From: Chloroflexota bacterium | GTDB lineage: Bacteria > Chloroflexota > Limnocylindria > Limnocylindrales > CSP1-4 | Direction of reading: 5' to 3' | Length of the DNA: 64,000 nt | Assembly: GCA_003141245.1 (NCBI GenBank) | Contig: PLLE01000034.1 | Location: 877 to 64,876 of the forward strand | Shown: positions 44,518 to 54,015 of the stretch, in pieces | Layout: each line of letters begins with the position of its first letter | Position numbering within the stretch: the first letter of the stretch is position 1 | Made by a program: the position numbers and the translations under genes | The notes under the pieces: generated by a model | The model's input: only the letters and a program-made list of their open reading frames with translations | What the model was told of the DNA's origin: nothing | Databases searched by the model: none

Positions 44518-45483
44518 ATGGACCGCCGGAGAGTCGTTGGCATTGCCCTGGGCGCCATTTCTGGGGTCGCGTACGGGACCGGACCGCTGTTCGCCAAGAG
44601 CGTGTACGGCGCCGGCCTGGATTGGATGGCGCTCCTGGCATGGCGCTTCTTCTTCGCGATGGTCATCAGCTGGCTCTGGCTGGCGGCTCAGCCCAGGGCA
44701 CGCGCCAAGCTGCGCCACCTCGACCGACGGACGACCGGACGCCTGCTCTTCACCGGCGCCACCTTCGTCCTGACCGCGAGCGTCTACTACTTCGCGGTCG
44801 AGCGCATCCCGACCTCGCTCGAGGCGCTGCTGATGTACGCCTATCCGGCAGTCGTCGCGGTCCTTTCGATGCGTCTTGGGTATCCATTCCGCGGCAAGCT
44901 CGCCTGGGGCTCGCTGGCGGTGGTGCTGGTTGGCGCGATCCTTACGATCGGCGGAATCGAGGCGGGAGTCGATCGACTGGGCATCGCGATCGGCGCGTTG
45001 TCACCGCTGGCCTACGCCACGTACATCATCCTGGCTGCGTGGATGGCAGGCGAGCGGCCGGGTCAGACGGCCGACATGCGTTCCAAGGGCCAGGGCGCGG
45101 AGGTCTCGCCGCCGGTCGCCGGAGCGGTGATGATGACCGGCACCTGGCTGACGATGTTCGTCATCGCCGCCGCGGCCCGCGAGCCGCTGTTCCCGACGGA
45201 GGTCCCGATGCAGGCCTGGCCAGGCCTCTTCGGCATCGGTCTGTTCGCGGCCGCGATCGCGATCCAGGCATTCTATGCGTCCGTCGCTCGGATCGGAGCG
45301 GCGCAGGCGTCGCTGATGGCCACGGTCGAGCCCCTCGTCGTAATCGCCCTGGGCGTGGTATTCCTGGGCGAGATGCTCACAGGATTGCAGGTCCTGGGTG
45401 CGCTGCTCGTGCTGATCGGCGTGCTGCTGGCCCAGACCTCGACGCCACCCGAATCGCGCCCGACTCTGCTCGAAGAGGTTTAG
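44518..45483 (+). CDS. DMT-superfamily (EamA-like) transporter
   Basis: Ten hydrophobic segments in two EamA-like halves. Start at the Met of MDRRRVVGIALGAISGVAYG. Confidence 0.8.
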   Translation: MDRRRVVGIALGAISGVAYGTGPLFAKSVYGAGLDWMALLAWRFFFAMVISWLWLAAQPRARAKLRHLDRRTTGRLLFTGATFVLTASVYYFAVERIPTSLEALLMYAYPAVVAVLSMRLGYPFRGKLAWGSLAVVLVGAILTIGGIEAGVDRLGIAIGALSPLAYATYIILAAWMAGERPGQTADMRSKGQGAEVSPPVAGAVMMTGTWLTMFVIAAAAREPLFPTEVPMQAWPGLFGIGLFAAAIAIQAFYASVARIGAAQASLMATVEPLVVIALGVVFLGEMLTGLQVLGALLVLIGVLLAQTSTPPESRPTLLEEV

Positions 45484-45618
45484 CCTGAACGGACTCCGAG
45501 AATCCAACGCTTCAACCGCCCGCTAGAATGGCCCGGTCCAAGTGGACCGGGTTCTGGCAGGGGCCGACCTCCGGTGGGACCCCAGGCGGACCTTCACCAT
45601 CAGCCCCCGGCAAGTCGG

Positions 45619-46752
45619 ATGGAGATCGAGATGGCGACCGGATTTGGCTTCTGCCCCAACTGTGGCACGGCAATAACCGTACCAGGACAGAGGTTCTGCG
45701 CCTCATGCGGCGCTACCGTGCCGGCCCCGGCCGCGCTACCCGCCCCTCCGCCCCCGGCCGCGGTACCCGCCCCTCCGCCCCCGGCCTTTGTGGCAGCGGT
45801 GCCGCCCGGCTGGGCAATGCCGCCGGCGATCGCCCAGGTCGCACCGGCCAGAACCACCGTCAGCCCCAGCATGCTGCTCGTCGGCGGCGTGATCATCGCC
45901 GCCATCGTCGCCGGGGCGGTCTTCGCCATGAACAACGGCTCCAAGGGCTCGCCGGGTTCCAGCGGCTCGCTGAGTTCGAGCGGCTCGCCGGTCTCCAGCG
46001 GCTCGCCGGTCTCCAGCAGAGGGAGCAGCAGCCCCACGATCGTCGACTCCGCGAGCCCGTCGGGCTCCAACGGAGGGAGCGACGGCGGCAACCCCGGCAG
46101 CATCGTCTTCAGCCCAGCGACCATCGGTTGCCCGAGCCAGCCGTACACCACGACCGTGCGCCTGCCCTCCTCGGTCAAGGGCACCGACCAGATCACATAT
46201 CAGATAGACGAGACGGCCATCGTCACGCAGGCCGTCACCGCCTTCGGCCTGACGCAGCAGGATGACGGCACGTGGTCGTTGACCGACACCAATGCCGACG
46301 GTTCTCCCAACTGCTCGATGGGCCCGGGCAGCCACACCGCGCGCCTCCTGGACTCGAGCGGCCACGTGCTGGCGCAGGGATCCTTCACGTTCGTCATGTC
46401 GCCGAGCCCATCGCCGAGTCCATCGCCGAGCCCGCTCGTCGAGAACAGCGTAACCATCGAACCTTCCAGCTTCAGCTGCTCAGGTTCGGCGGTCGACGTC
46501 ACCCTGACGATTCGACTATCGGCATCCTTCCCCGGGTCCGCTCAGATCACTACTGAGAGCGACGGTACCGCCGGAAGCACAGGGTCGGTTGAGTCGGCCT
46601 TCAAGCAGCAGTCCGACGGGACCTGGCTCGGGTCCACCACGTCTTCCAGCACTACCCTCTGCGGGGAGTACAACCCTGGGAATCACCGCATCGGAATATT
46701 GGACGCGAACGATCAGCTGATCGCCGAGGGCAATTTCACCGTCAACCCCTAG
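45619..46752 (+). CDS. zinc-ribbon / Pro-rich / TM protein with Ser-rich linker and extracellular beta-rich domains
   Basis: FCPNCGTAI..FCASCGATV, a Pro/Ala-rich tract, the TM segment MLLVGGVIIAAIVAGAVFA, (SGSP)n and PSPSPSPSPSP linkers. Confidence 0.6.
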   Translation: MEIEMATGFGFCPNCGTAITVPGQRFCASCGATVPAPAALPAPPPPAAVPAPPPPAFVAAVPPGWAMPPAIAQVAPARTTVSPSMLLVGGVIIAAIVAGAVFAMNNGSKGSPGSSGSLSSSGSPVSSGSPVSSRGSSSPTIVDSASPSGSNGGSDGGNPGSIVFSPATIGCPSQPYTTTVRLPSSVKGTDQITYQIDETAIVTQAVTAFGLTQQDDGTWSLTDTNADGSPNCSMGPGSHTARLLDSSGHVLAQGSFTFVMSPSPSPSPSPSPLVENSVTIEPSSFSCSGSAVDVTLTIRLSASFPGSAQITTESDGTAGSTGSVESAFKQQSDGTWLGSTTSSSTTLCGEYNPGNHRIGILDANDQLIAEGNFTVNP

Positions 46753-46794
46753 CCGGGCGGAAGGCCGAGGGTCGCGCGACCGAAGGGCCTGCGC

Positions 46795-47301
46795 CTACTC
46801 GACTCCGACGACCGAGCTCCGGCGTTCCAACAGAACGACGTCTCGCCAGACGCCCTTCACGTCGCGCCCGATCCGCTCCCGTACGCCGACCCGCCGGAAA
46901 CCGCACCTCTCGTGGAGCGCCAGGCTGGCCGCGTTGTCGGCCATGACGCCGGCCTGCAGAGTCCAGATGCCGGCCTCCTCCGAGGCGGTTACGAGTGCCG
47001 CCATGAGCGCCCGCCCGACGCCGCGACCACGGACCTTCGCTGCGACGTAGACGCTCAGCTCGGCGACACCCGAGTAGACGGCCCGCGCGGAATAGCGGCT
47101 CAGGGCCGCCCAGCCGACGATGGCTCCACCCCCATCTCGCGCGACCAGCCGGCAGTCGGGACGGTGGGAGTGATTCCAGGACTCCCATTCGGGCGCCGTC
47201 AGCTCGAACGTGGCCAGGCCGGTCTCGATCCCCTCTTCGTAGATCGCTCGAACGGCGGGCCAGTCGTCCGCCCGCATACCTTCGATCGTCGCCGCGCTCA
47301 T
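46795..47301 (-). CDS. GNAT N-acetyltransferase (phosphinothricin acetyltransferase-like)
   Basis: ..DDWPAVRAIYEEGIETGLATFE.. and ..VYVAAKVRGRGVGRALMAALV.. (acetyl-CoA binding R/Q-x-x-G-x-G/A), plus ..NAASLALHERCGFRRVG. Confidence 0.85.
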   Translation of the reverse strand: MSAATIEGMRADDWPAVRAIYEEGIETGLATFELTAPEWESWNHSHRPDCRLVARDGGGAIVGWAALSRYSARAVYSGVAELSVYVAAKVRGRGVGRALMAALVTASEEAGIWTLQAGVMADNAASLALHERCGFRRVGVRERIGRDVKGVWRDVVLLERRSSVVGVE

Positions 47302-47452
47302 GGATGCAGTATCGAATCCCGCGCCCCGGCCCGCATGCCGCCGGCGCGCCGATTCAGCCTGGCAGGCTTCCTTCCGTCGTCGCTTCGGGTAATCTCTTGC
47401 GGGCGAGGTCGGCCCAACCACGATCCCGTCGCTGAGGAAGAGAACTCCAGGA

Positions 47453-47965
47453 ATGGCGACCCTTCACCCGGAGGTCGAACGGCTACGCGTCGCGCGCGAC
47501 CGTCTCGTTCGGCTACGCACCAAGGTTGAGACGAGTCCGCCCGCGCCCGACGACCTGCCGCGGTCTCGCGAGTGGGTCGCCCGCGAGACGCTCGCCCACA
47601 TCGACGAGATGCTGCCCTACTGGCTGGGCGAGATCGAGCGCATCCTCGCCGGCCCGGTGGAGCCGGTCCCCTTCGGACGCATCCCGAGCGATCCGATTCG
47701 CCTGCTGACCGTGGACCGCGACCGAAGCCTGCCCCTCCCCGAGCTGTACGGGCGCCTGGACTTCCACCTGGAGCGGGCAGTCCGGCGGCTGCTCGAGCTC
47801 GACGATCGGCAATGCGCCCGGCGCGGGTCGGACAAGAAGAGGGGCGACATGACGATCAAGCAGATCGTCGACGAGATGCTGGCGGATCACATCGAGGACC
47901 ACTGCAACCAGCTCGCCGCGGCGCTCGAGAAAGTAGCGGCGCTCGAGAAGTCGCGCCCGGGCTAA
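47453..47965 (+). CDS. DinB/YfiT-like four-helix-bundle protein
   Basis: 170 aa, helical, with ..ETLAHIDEMLPYWLGEIERIL.. and a C-terminal ..ADHIEDHCNQL (His-containing DinB-like motifs). Weak assignment. Confidence 0.45.
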   Translation: MATLHPEVERLRVARDRLVRLRTKVETSPPAPDDLPRSREWVARETLAHIDEMLPYWLGEIERILAGPVEPVPFGRIPSDPIRLLTVDRDRSLPLPELYGRLDFHLERAVRRLLELDDRQCARRGSDKKRGDMTIKQIVDEMLADHIEDHCNQLAAALEKVAALEKSRPG

Positions 47966-48936
47966 CGGCCCCGGACCCGGCGGCCCTCTTCCTTGACGAT
48001 CGCCCGCAGCATGAAGCCGACGTTGGCCGGCCGTTCGGCAAGGCGGCGCATGAAATACGGATACCACTCATGTCCGTAGGGGACGTAGACCCGGACCGTG
48101 TAGCCGCGCTCGACCAGCCTCCGCTGCAGGTCGCGCCGGACGCCGTAGAGCATCTGGAACTCGAAGCGGTCGCGGCCGATCCCCTCGCGCTCCGCGATCT
48201 CGATGGCCCGCTCGATCAGCTTGGGGTCGTGAGTGGCCAGGGCGTGGTACGACCCTGAAGTAAGCAGCCGCTCCATCAGCTTCGCGTAGTTGGCGTCCAC
48301 GGTCGACTTGTTGACGTAGGCGACACTGCTCGGCTCGTCGTAGGCGCCCTTGCACAGCCGAACTCGACCGCCGGCAGCGACGATCCGCTCGACGTCGGCC
48401 GCGCTCCGGCGCAGCGCCGACTGGATCACGACGCCGGTCTTCGGATACGCCTCGTGGGCCTCCTGCCAGAGGGCCAGAGTGGCGTCCGTCCTGCTGTGGT
48501 CCTCCATGTCGAAGCGGACGAAGCCGTCCACGGCCCGGGCCGCGTCGAGGATCCGCATCACGTTGGAGCGGCACAGCTCGGGGTCGATCTCCATGCCCAT
48601 CTGAGTCAGCTTGACGCTGACGTTCGCGTCCAGGCCACGGGACTCCAGAGCGGGCAGCGTGGCGATGTAGCGATCGGCGGCCGCGGAAGCGAGCTCCGGC
48701 GAGGTGACAGATTCACCCAGGACGTCGACTGTGGCGCGAAGCCCGGCACGCTTGAGGGTCGCGATGGCGGGCAGGGCCTCCTCGAGCGTCTCTCCGGCGA
48801 CGAAGCGAGCCACGACCGGCCGCGTCAACGGGCTTCGGACGGCCATTCGGGCGAGCGACCTGCGGTGCGACAGCGAGATGAAGAGGGACCGCATCGTTCT
48901 GTGCGGCAGCACCCGAACGGCATCGGCAATGCTCAT
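47962..48936 (-). CDS. proline dehydrogenase
   Basis: ..VSVKLTQMGMEID.., ..VRFDMEDH.., ..RVRLCKGAY.., ..ATHDP.., ..FQMLYGVRRDLQ.. are PutA-type PRODH barrel signatures. Start at the internal Met MSIADAV. Confidence 0.85.
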   Translation of the reverse strand: MSIADAVRVLPHRTMRSLFISLSHRRSLARMAVRSPLTRPVVARFVAGETLEEALPAIATLKRAGLRATVDVLGESVTSPELASAAADRYIATLPALESRGLDANVSVKLTQMGMEIDPELCRSNVMRILDAARAVDGFVRFDMEDHSRTDATLALWQEAHEAYPKTGVVIQSALRRSAADVERIVAAGGRVRLCKGAYDEPSSVAYVNKSTVDANYAKLMERLLTSGSYHALATHDPKLIERAIEIAEREGIGRDRFEFQMLYGVRRDLQRRLVERGYTVRVYVPYGHEWYPYFMRRLAERPANVGFMLRAIVKEEGRRVRGR

Positions 48937-48940
48937 TGGA

Positions 48941-49354
48941 TCAGCCTTCCTTGGGGGAGGCATCGGCTGCCTCGGCCTGGCGCGCGAACTCGGCCAGCAA
49001 GCCGGCTTCCTGGCGCTGGAACGCTTCGAGCTTGCCCCGACGATGGGCGTCCACCGCGGATCTGATGGCCTCGATCGGGGGCGAGCCGAATGTCCGGCCC
49101 TCTGCGTCGCGATAGATCCGACAGGCAAGCGCGACCGGCAGATCCGGCGCAGGTACGACGTCCTCGCCGTCGATCCTTATGGTGGGCGAGCCCTGGAAGC
49201 CGAGGAACTCGGCGTCCTCCTGGCTGGCGACGAAGATCACCTGGATCGGCGTCTCGACGATCCCCTTGCGGAGAACGCTCTCCAGGTCGCGCCGGGCCTG
49301 CTCGAGGTGCGGGCAGCCCTCGACGGCCAGTAGCTCAACACGAAGATCTGCCAC
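48941..49354 (-). CDS. thioredoxin-fold protein (function unknown)
   Basis: ..LLAVEGCPHLEQA.. and ..FQGSPTIRIDGEDV.. resemble glutaredoxin/thioredoxin-like small proteins. Confidence 0.45.
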   Translation of the reverse strand: MADLRVELLAVEGCPHLEQARRDLESVLRKGIVETPIQVIFVASQEDAEFLGFQGSPTIRIDGEDVVPAPDLPVALACRIYRDAEGRTFGSPPIEAIRSAVDAHRRGKLEAFQRQEAGLLAEFARQAEAADASPKEG

Positions 49355-49435
49355 TTCCTGAGCCTACATCGGCCCGCTGAAACGGGTGCGGACGGTCGTT
49401 TCCGCGTTGCGGTCGCCGGTAGCGCCGCCGAATGG

Positions 49436-49852
49436 CTAGCGCAGGGCCTCCGTGGCACGTAACCAGGGCCCGATGAGGAGGCTGCGACAGTCTGGGTCGA
49501 GGCGGGTACCGAGCGCCACCGCCAGCGCGGCGTCGACGATCGCCTCGCCGGCTTCGATCTTCGTCTCCATCCAGGTGACGTCGTCGCTGATCCGATATGG
49601 AATCGTGTTCGAGCCACGCGAGGCCCAGGCGAGGGCCCGATTGCGCACACGGTCGATTTCCCTGGTCAGACCCTCGCGGGCTCCGATAGATCGAACGGTC
49701 GTCCAGGCGTCCTCATGAGCTTCGCGACTCGTCGATCGCCAGGCCGCCCGCATGACCCTCAGCTGCTCGAGGTTCAGGTGGTCGAGCTGCTCGAAGAAGG
49801 CGGCCATCTCCTCCGTGTCGACCAGATTCACTCGCCCTCGACGTCCCCGCAT
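49436..49852 (-). CDS. hypothetical protein
   Basis: 138-aa ORF in the same orientation as its neighbours, with a helical composition. No motif recognised. Confidence 0.35.
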   Translation of the reverse strand: MRGRRGRVNLVDTEEMAAFFEQLDHLNLEQLRVMRAAWRSTSREAHEDAWTTVRSIGAREGLTREIDRVRNRALAWASRGSNTIPYRISDDVTWMETKIEAGEAIVDAALAVALGTRLDPDCRSLLIGPWLRATEALR

Positions 49853-49872
49853 CGGTCGATCCTTCTCTCTGC

Positions 49873-51915
49873 TCAGTCCTCGTCCGCTTGCTCAAGCAGA
49901 TGGCGCCGCAGGAAATCGAGGCAGCGCTTCCAGGCGTCGCGGCGGTTCTCGCGCCTCTGCCAGCCATGCGACTCCTCGTCGTACCAGTGGAGCTGGTAGT
50001 GCTTGCCCTCGATCTCGAGCGCCTCGACGATCTTCTCGGTCATGAACGGCACGACTCGTTTGTCCTTGCGACCGTGCATGATCAGCAACGGGGCCTCGAT
50101 CCGCTCGGCGCGGTGAAGCGGCGAGCCCCGCCGGTAAGCCTCGGCGGCCTCCGGATCGTCGGGCCGGCCCATCATCCGCTCCAGGTCGATGCGGCCCAGC
50201 CGATCGCCGCGGCGATAGCTCTCGACGATATCCGAGTCGCCGTAAAGGTCGATGCCGGCCCGCCACAGAGACGGCTCTTCAGCCATGACGCAGAGCGTCA
50301 TGTAGCCGCCGTACGAGGCGCCGTAGTGGGCGAGGCGGCCGTCGCACCAGGGCTGCGCCGCGGCCCAGCGCGCCGCGTCGATCACGTCGAAGGCGTCCGC
50401 GTGGCCCCACTCGCCGCGGTTGGCCCAGCGGAAGTCGCGGCCGTATCCGGTCGATCCGCGGAAGTCGACCGAGAGAAAGGCAATCCCCGACTCCACCACG
50501 AGCTGGCGGAATGGCAGCCAGTCGCGCAGGGCCTGGAAAGTGGGCCCGCCGTGGGAATGGAGCAGGCACGGCACGCGGGCCGCCTCTTCGCCGCTCGCGC
50601 TCGCCGGGAGGTACAGGTTGCCCTCGATCCGTAGCCCGTCGCGCGCTTCGAAGGCGATCCGCGTCCCGATCGCGAAGTGGGCCGTGTCCACGACCGTCGG
50701 CAACGAGTGAGTCAGCTGGCGGGGCTTGACGCCCTGGGCGGCCATCTCGGGGACCGGCAGGAGCCATAGGTCGTCCGGCGCCCGATCGCTACGACCGATC
50801 GCCAGGACGGCCGAGGCGTCCGGCATCCAGCCGACGGCCATCCAGACCCCCTCGAACGGATTGACGACGGCCGTCCGCAGACCCGTCCGATCGCGTTTGG
50901 CGCCTGCCCTGGAGCCCCGGCTCGGCAGCTCGCCGATCAAAAGATCCACCAGCCCTTCGCGGATCTCGACGTGGACGAAGCGCTTGCCGTCCGGCGAAGG
51001 AAGCGGCACGTAGCCCCAGCCGCCGCCCGGCTCGCCGTGCTCGTGCCGGCCGGCGGTGAGGACCCTCCGCTCGCTGCCGTCGGCCGAGACCTGGACGACC
51101 TGGAACCAGCCGTCGCGATCCGAGACGATGAGCAGGCCCGATCCGTCCGGCAACCAGCGCGGTCCGGTCTCCCAGGCCGACTCGCCGGCGATCAGCCGCT
51201 CCTGGGCCGTCTCCACGTCCACGATGTGCACCTGCGAGGTCAGCAGGTCCGGCAGACGCTGCGAGGTGACGGCGATCGTAGAGCCGTCCGGCGACCAGAC
51301 GAAAGCGTCGACGTCCACGCCCGGAGAAGTGAGCGGGATGGGCTCGGCGGAGCGGGGCCGGGTCGCCGGACGGCCGCGGCGCGGGACCGGCGCGTCCACG
51401 ACCCACAGCTGGTCCCAGCCGCGGCGCCGCGAGATGAAGGCGATCTGGTGGCCGTCGGCGCACCAGCCCGGCGATCGGTTGCCGGCGGGGTGCTGGCTCA
51501 CCAGAGCCTGATGCGATCCCTCGACGTCGATCATCCAGATCGCCTGGTCGCGTACGAAGGCGATGCGGCGCCCGTCGGGCGACCATTGCGGATCCGAGGC
51601 CGGTTTCTCGGTCGCGGTCAGCTGCTCGGGGTAGCCGCCGCGCGAGGACATCAGGAAGATCTGGCGAGCGCCCGCGGCCTCGGCCGTGAAGGCCACACGG
51701 CGGCCGTCCGGCGAGAGCCGGAACTCGCGCGGCGCCTCGACCGCGGCGGCTTGCTCGATTGTCAGCCCGTCGCGCGAGGGGCGTCGTGCGCGGCCGTTTT
51801 CCTGCGCCACGCGAGCCGCCTCGGCCACGGCGCGGGGCGTCGGCGCGCGGCCGGGAGCGGCGTTCTTCTCCGCCGCACCGGCGCGGCCGGGGCCGGCGCG
51901 GCCGGGGCCGGTCAT
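49873..51915 (-). CDS. S9-family serine peptidase (beta-propeller plus prolyl-oligopeptidase-type hydrolase domain)
   Basis: TolB/DPP-like propeller repeats (..PQWSPDGRRIAF.., ..WSPDGSTIA..). Catalytic domain with GASYGGYM (GxSxGG), ..DSD.. and ..HGW. ATG 51915 forms an ATGA overlap with the upstream stop. Confidence 0.88.
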   Translation of the reverse strand: MTGPGRAGPGRAGAAEKNAAPGRAPTPRAVAEAARVAQENGRARRPSRDGLTIEQAAAVEAPREFRLSPDGRRVAFTAEAAGARQIFLMSSRGGYPEQLTATEKPASDPQWSPDGRRIAFVRDQAIWMIDVEGSHQALVSQHPAGNRSPGWCADGHQIAFISRRRGWDQLWVVDAPVPRRGRPATRPRSAEPIPLTSPGVDVDAFVWSPDGSTIAVTSQRLPDLLTSQVHIVDVETAQERLIAGESAWETGPRWLPDGSGLLIVSDRDGWFQVVQVSADGSERRVLTAGRHEHGEPGGGWGYVPLPSPDGKRFVHVEIREGLVDLLIGELPSRGSRAGAKRDRTGLRTAVVNPFEGVWMAVGWMPDASAVLAIGRSDRAPDDLWLLPVPEMAAQGVKPRQLTHSLPTVVDTAHFAIGTRIAFEARDGLRIEGNLYLPASASGEEAARVPCLLHSHGGPTFQALRDWLPFRQLVVESGIAFLSVDFRGSTGYGRDFRWANRGEWGHADAFDVIDAARWAAAQPWCDGRLAHYGASYGGYMTLCVMAEEPSLWRAGIDLYGDSDIVESYRRGDRLGRIDLERMMGRPDDPEAAEAYRRGSPLHRAERIEAPLLIMHGRKDKRVVPFMTEKIVEALEIEGKHYQLHWYDEESHGWQRRENRRDAWKRCLDFLRRHLLEQADED

Positions 51916-52784
51916 CGGCCGCCCCACTCGAGCGCCATCGGCAGCTTCTCGCGCTCGCCGGCCTGCGGCGCCGGATCGACGCGGACGAACGTCTCGCGGC
52001 CGAACATCTGCTCCAGGCCGGCCCGGACCTCCGGATCGTCCCAGCGTCGGCCGCGCATCTGGCTGTCGTGACAGGCGAGCGCGGCGAGCTTACGGTCCAG
52101 CACTTCGCCGATCTCCACGATCGTCGTTATCTCTTCGTCGGGACGGGCGAGCCGCTCGAAGGCTTCCTGCTGGCGCAGGTCATCCTCGGATGGCGGGGTC
52201 GTGTCGCCGGAGCGGCGCCGCTCCTCCTCCATCGCCGCGCGCATGCCGGCGATCCGGGAACGCGGCATGACCTGGTGGTACAGGGCGACGGGGCCGCCCG
52301 GTTCTGCGGCGGCCCGGCGATATGCCTCGGTGGCGGTTGCCGAGCACTTGACGTGGTCCGGATGGCCGTAGATGCCGCCCGGATCGAAGGTCACGATCAC
52401 CGCCGGCCGCAGGCGCCGGATCACCTCCAGCATCCGCTCGACGACCTCCTCGGAATCGGCCTTGCTCAGCGACCCCTCGGGTGCACCCCAGCCCTCCATC
52501 CCCGAGTCGCGGTAGCCGAGGAAGATCGGCTCGGCGATCCCCATCTCCCGGCAAGCGCAGCGCAGCTCTTCGAGCCGGATCTCCGGATCGAGGGAATGAT
52601 CGACGCCAATCTCACCCGGCCGTCCGCCCTGGTCGCCATTGGTGACGCACAGAACCCAGACTGGATTGTCCGCCGCGGCGGCGAGTGCCATCAGCCCGGC
52701 GGCGCCATAGCTCTCGTCGTCGGGGTGAGGGAATATCGAGAGGAGGCCGCGCGGACTCGCGTCCGGGCCCGTCGAACCGGGCAC
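51912..52784 (-). CDS. PIG-L/LmbE-family deacetylase
   Basis: ..LLSIFPHPDDESYGAAG.. and ..GHPDHV.. are the PIG-L signatures. GTG 52784 lies 1 nt after the proC stop. The longer ORF to 53369 overlaps proC in another frame. Confidence 0.8.
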   Translation of the reverse strand: MPGSTGPDASPRGLLSIFPHPDDESYGAAGLMALAAAADNPVWVLCVTNGDQGGRPGEIGVDHSLDPEIRLEELRCACREMGIAEPIFLGYRDSGMEGWGAPEGSLSKADSEEVVERMLEVIRRLRPAVIVTFDPGGIYGHPDHVKCSATATEAYRRAAAEPGGPVALYHQVMPRSRIAGMRAAMEEERRRSGDTTPPSEDDLRQQEAFERLARPDEEITTIVEIGEVLDRKLAALACHDSQMRGRRWDDPEVRAGLEQMFGRETFVRVDPAPQAGEREKLPMALEWGGR

Positions 52785-52785
52785 G

Positions 52786-53715
52786 CTATCGGCCGGACCG
52801 CCGGCCGGTCGACGCCCTTGGGCGCGCTCCGTTGGCCGCCCGACCGTTGCTCGCCCCGTTGGGCTGGCCCTCGTTGAGTCCCAGGCCCTTCTCGAGGTCC
52901 GAGCCCAATTCCAACGTCCGCCGATACGAGGCCCAGACCGCCTCCGAGAGCACCGTCCGCAGCCGTCCGGACTCGAGCTCGTGAATCGCGGCGGCGCTCG
53001 TGCCACCCGGCGAAGTGACCATGTTCCGCAGGACCGCCGGGTGTTGAGCGGTCGCCTTGGCGAAGGCCGTGCTTCCCTCGAGCGTCTCGATGACCAGGTC
53101 GTGGGCGACGTGGCGCGGGAAGCCCAGGTGGACCGCGGCGTCGATGAGCGCTTCCATGACCAGGAAGACATACGCCGGCCCGGTGCCACTGACCGCGGTG
53201 GCCATCTCGACGAACTTCTCGTCCTCGACCTGCAGGTCCGTGCCGAGAGCCTGAAGCAGGACGCGGGCCTGGTCGCACTGCGTTTCAGTGACCTCCGGCG
53301 TGGCGTACCAGACGGTGATCCCGCGGCCGATCTGGGCCGGCGTGTTGGGCATGCTGCGGACGACTTCACGGTGATCCAGCAGCGAAGTGAGGACCCTGCA
53401 CGTCGCCCCGGCGACGATGGAGACGACCAGCTGGTTCGGATTCAGGTGGCCGCCCAGCTCGTGGCCGACCTTCGTCAGCGTCTGTGGCTTGACCGACAGG
53501 AGGATGACGTCGGCGCCGGCCGCCGCCTCGAGGTTCGAGGCCAGCATGCGGACGCCGTACCGGCTCACCAGTTCCTCGCGACGCTCCGGGCGCGGCTCGC
53601 TGCCGACGATCTGGTCGGGCCCGACGAGCTTGCCTCGGAGCAGCCCGGCGATGATCGACTCGGCCATTACGCCCGATCCGACAGTTGCGACCGTTCGGTT
53701 CGAAAGTGGCGACAT
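52786..53715 (-). CDS. proC: pyrroline-5-carboxylate reductase
   Basis: VATVGSGVMAESIIAGL (NADP Rossmann fold), ..VRSMPNTPAQIG.., ..VTSPGGTSAAAIHELE.. Start at the internal Met MSPLSN. Confidence 0.9.
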   Translation of the reverse strand: MSPLSNRTVATVGSGVMAESIIAGLLRGKLVGPDQIVGSEPRPERREELVSRYGVRMLASNLEAAAGADVILLSVKPQTLTKVGHELGGHLNPNQLVVSIVAGATCRVLTSLLDHREVVRSMPNTPAQIGRGITVWYATPEVTETQCDQARVLLQALGTDLQVEDEKFVEMATAVSGTGPAYVFLVMEALIDAAVHLGFPRHVAHDLVIETLEGSTAFAKATAQHPAVLRNMVTSPGGTSAAAIHELESGRLRTVLSEAVWASYRRTLELGSDLEKGLGLNEGQPNGASNGRAANGARPRASTGRRSGR

Positions 53716-53853
53716 GCGGGCGAGTATAGGGGTCGTTCGCAACCGCCGAGCGCTCGTTTCGCGCGAAATACCGCCCTCGGAACGCGTCGGCTCGATTTGG
53801 GACCCCGCCGGCCCGCGGGCCGTCGCGCCTCGAAATGCCCCAGACAGACGAGA

Positions 53854-53897
53854 GCCGGTCGCCAGGGAGGTGAGCGACCGGCTGTTGTTTCTCGTCT
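53854..53897 (-). terminator. hairpin with T-rich flanks between the methyltransferase operon and proC
   Basis: GCCGGTCGC-(11 nt)-GCGACCGGC. T-rich on both sides: TGTTGTTTCTCGTCT on plus, TCTCGTCTGTCT on minus. It would terminate the minus-strand transcript ending at 54016. Confidence 0.35.
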
Positions 53898-54015
53898 CGC
53901 CAATGGGAGGGAGAGGAAGGAGAGGAGGGAGGTGTGAACTGAGACGAATCCTGGCCCAGGCCGCTGAAGCTGTCCTGAAAGTTACGGCTTCACTGATCGA
54001 GTCATTCGACCGTCG

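Noticed and set aside
51912-53369. Single 485-aa ORF spanning the PIG-L deacetylase and part of proC
   Set aside because: Only the C-terminal 290 aa carry PIG-L motifs. The upstream part overlaps proC in another frame and looks non-coding. A GTG start at 52784, immediately after the proC stop, gives a normal-sized protein.
53905-53932. 28-nt uninterrupted polypurine tract (GGGAGGGAGAGGAAGGAGAGGAGGGAGG)
   Set aside because: It is striking to the eye and could form a triplex or act as a super-RBS. However, no ORF follows it on the plus strand, and I have no way to show function. It is noted only as a curiosity in the proC upstream region.
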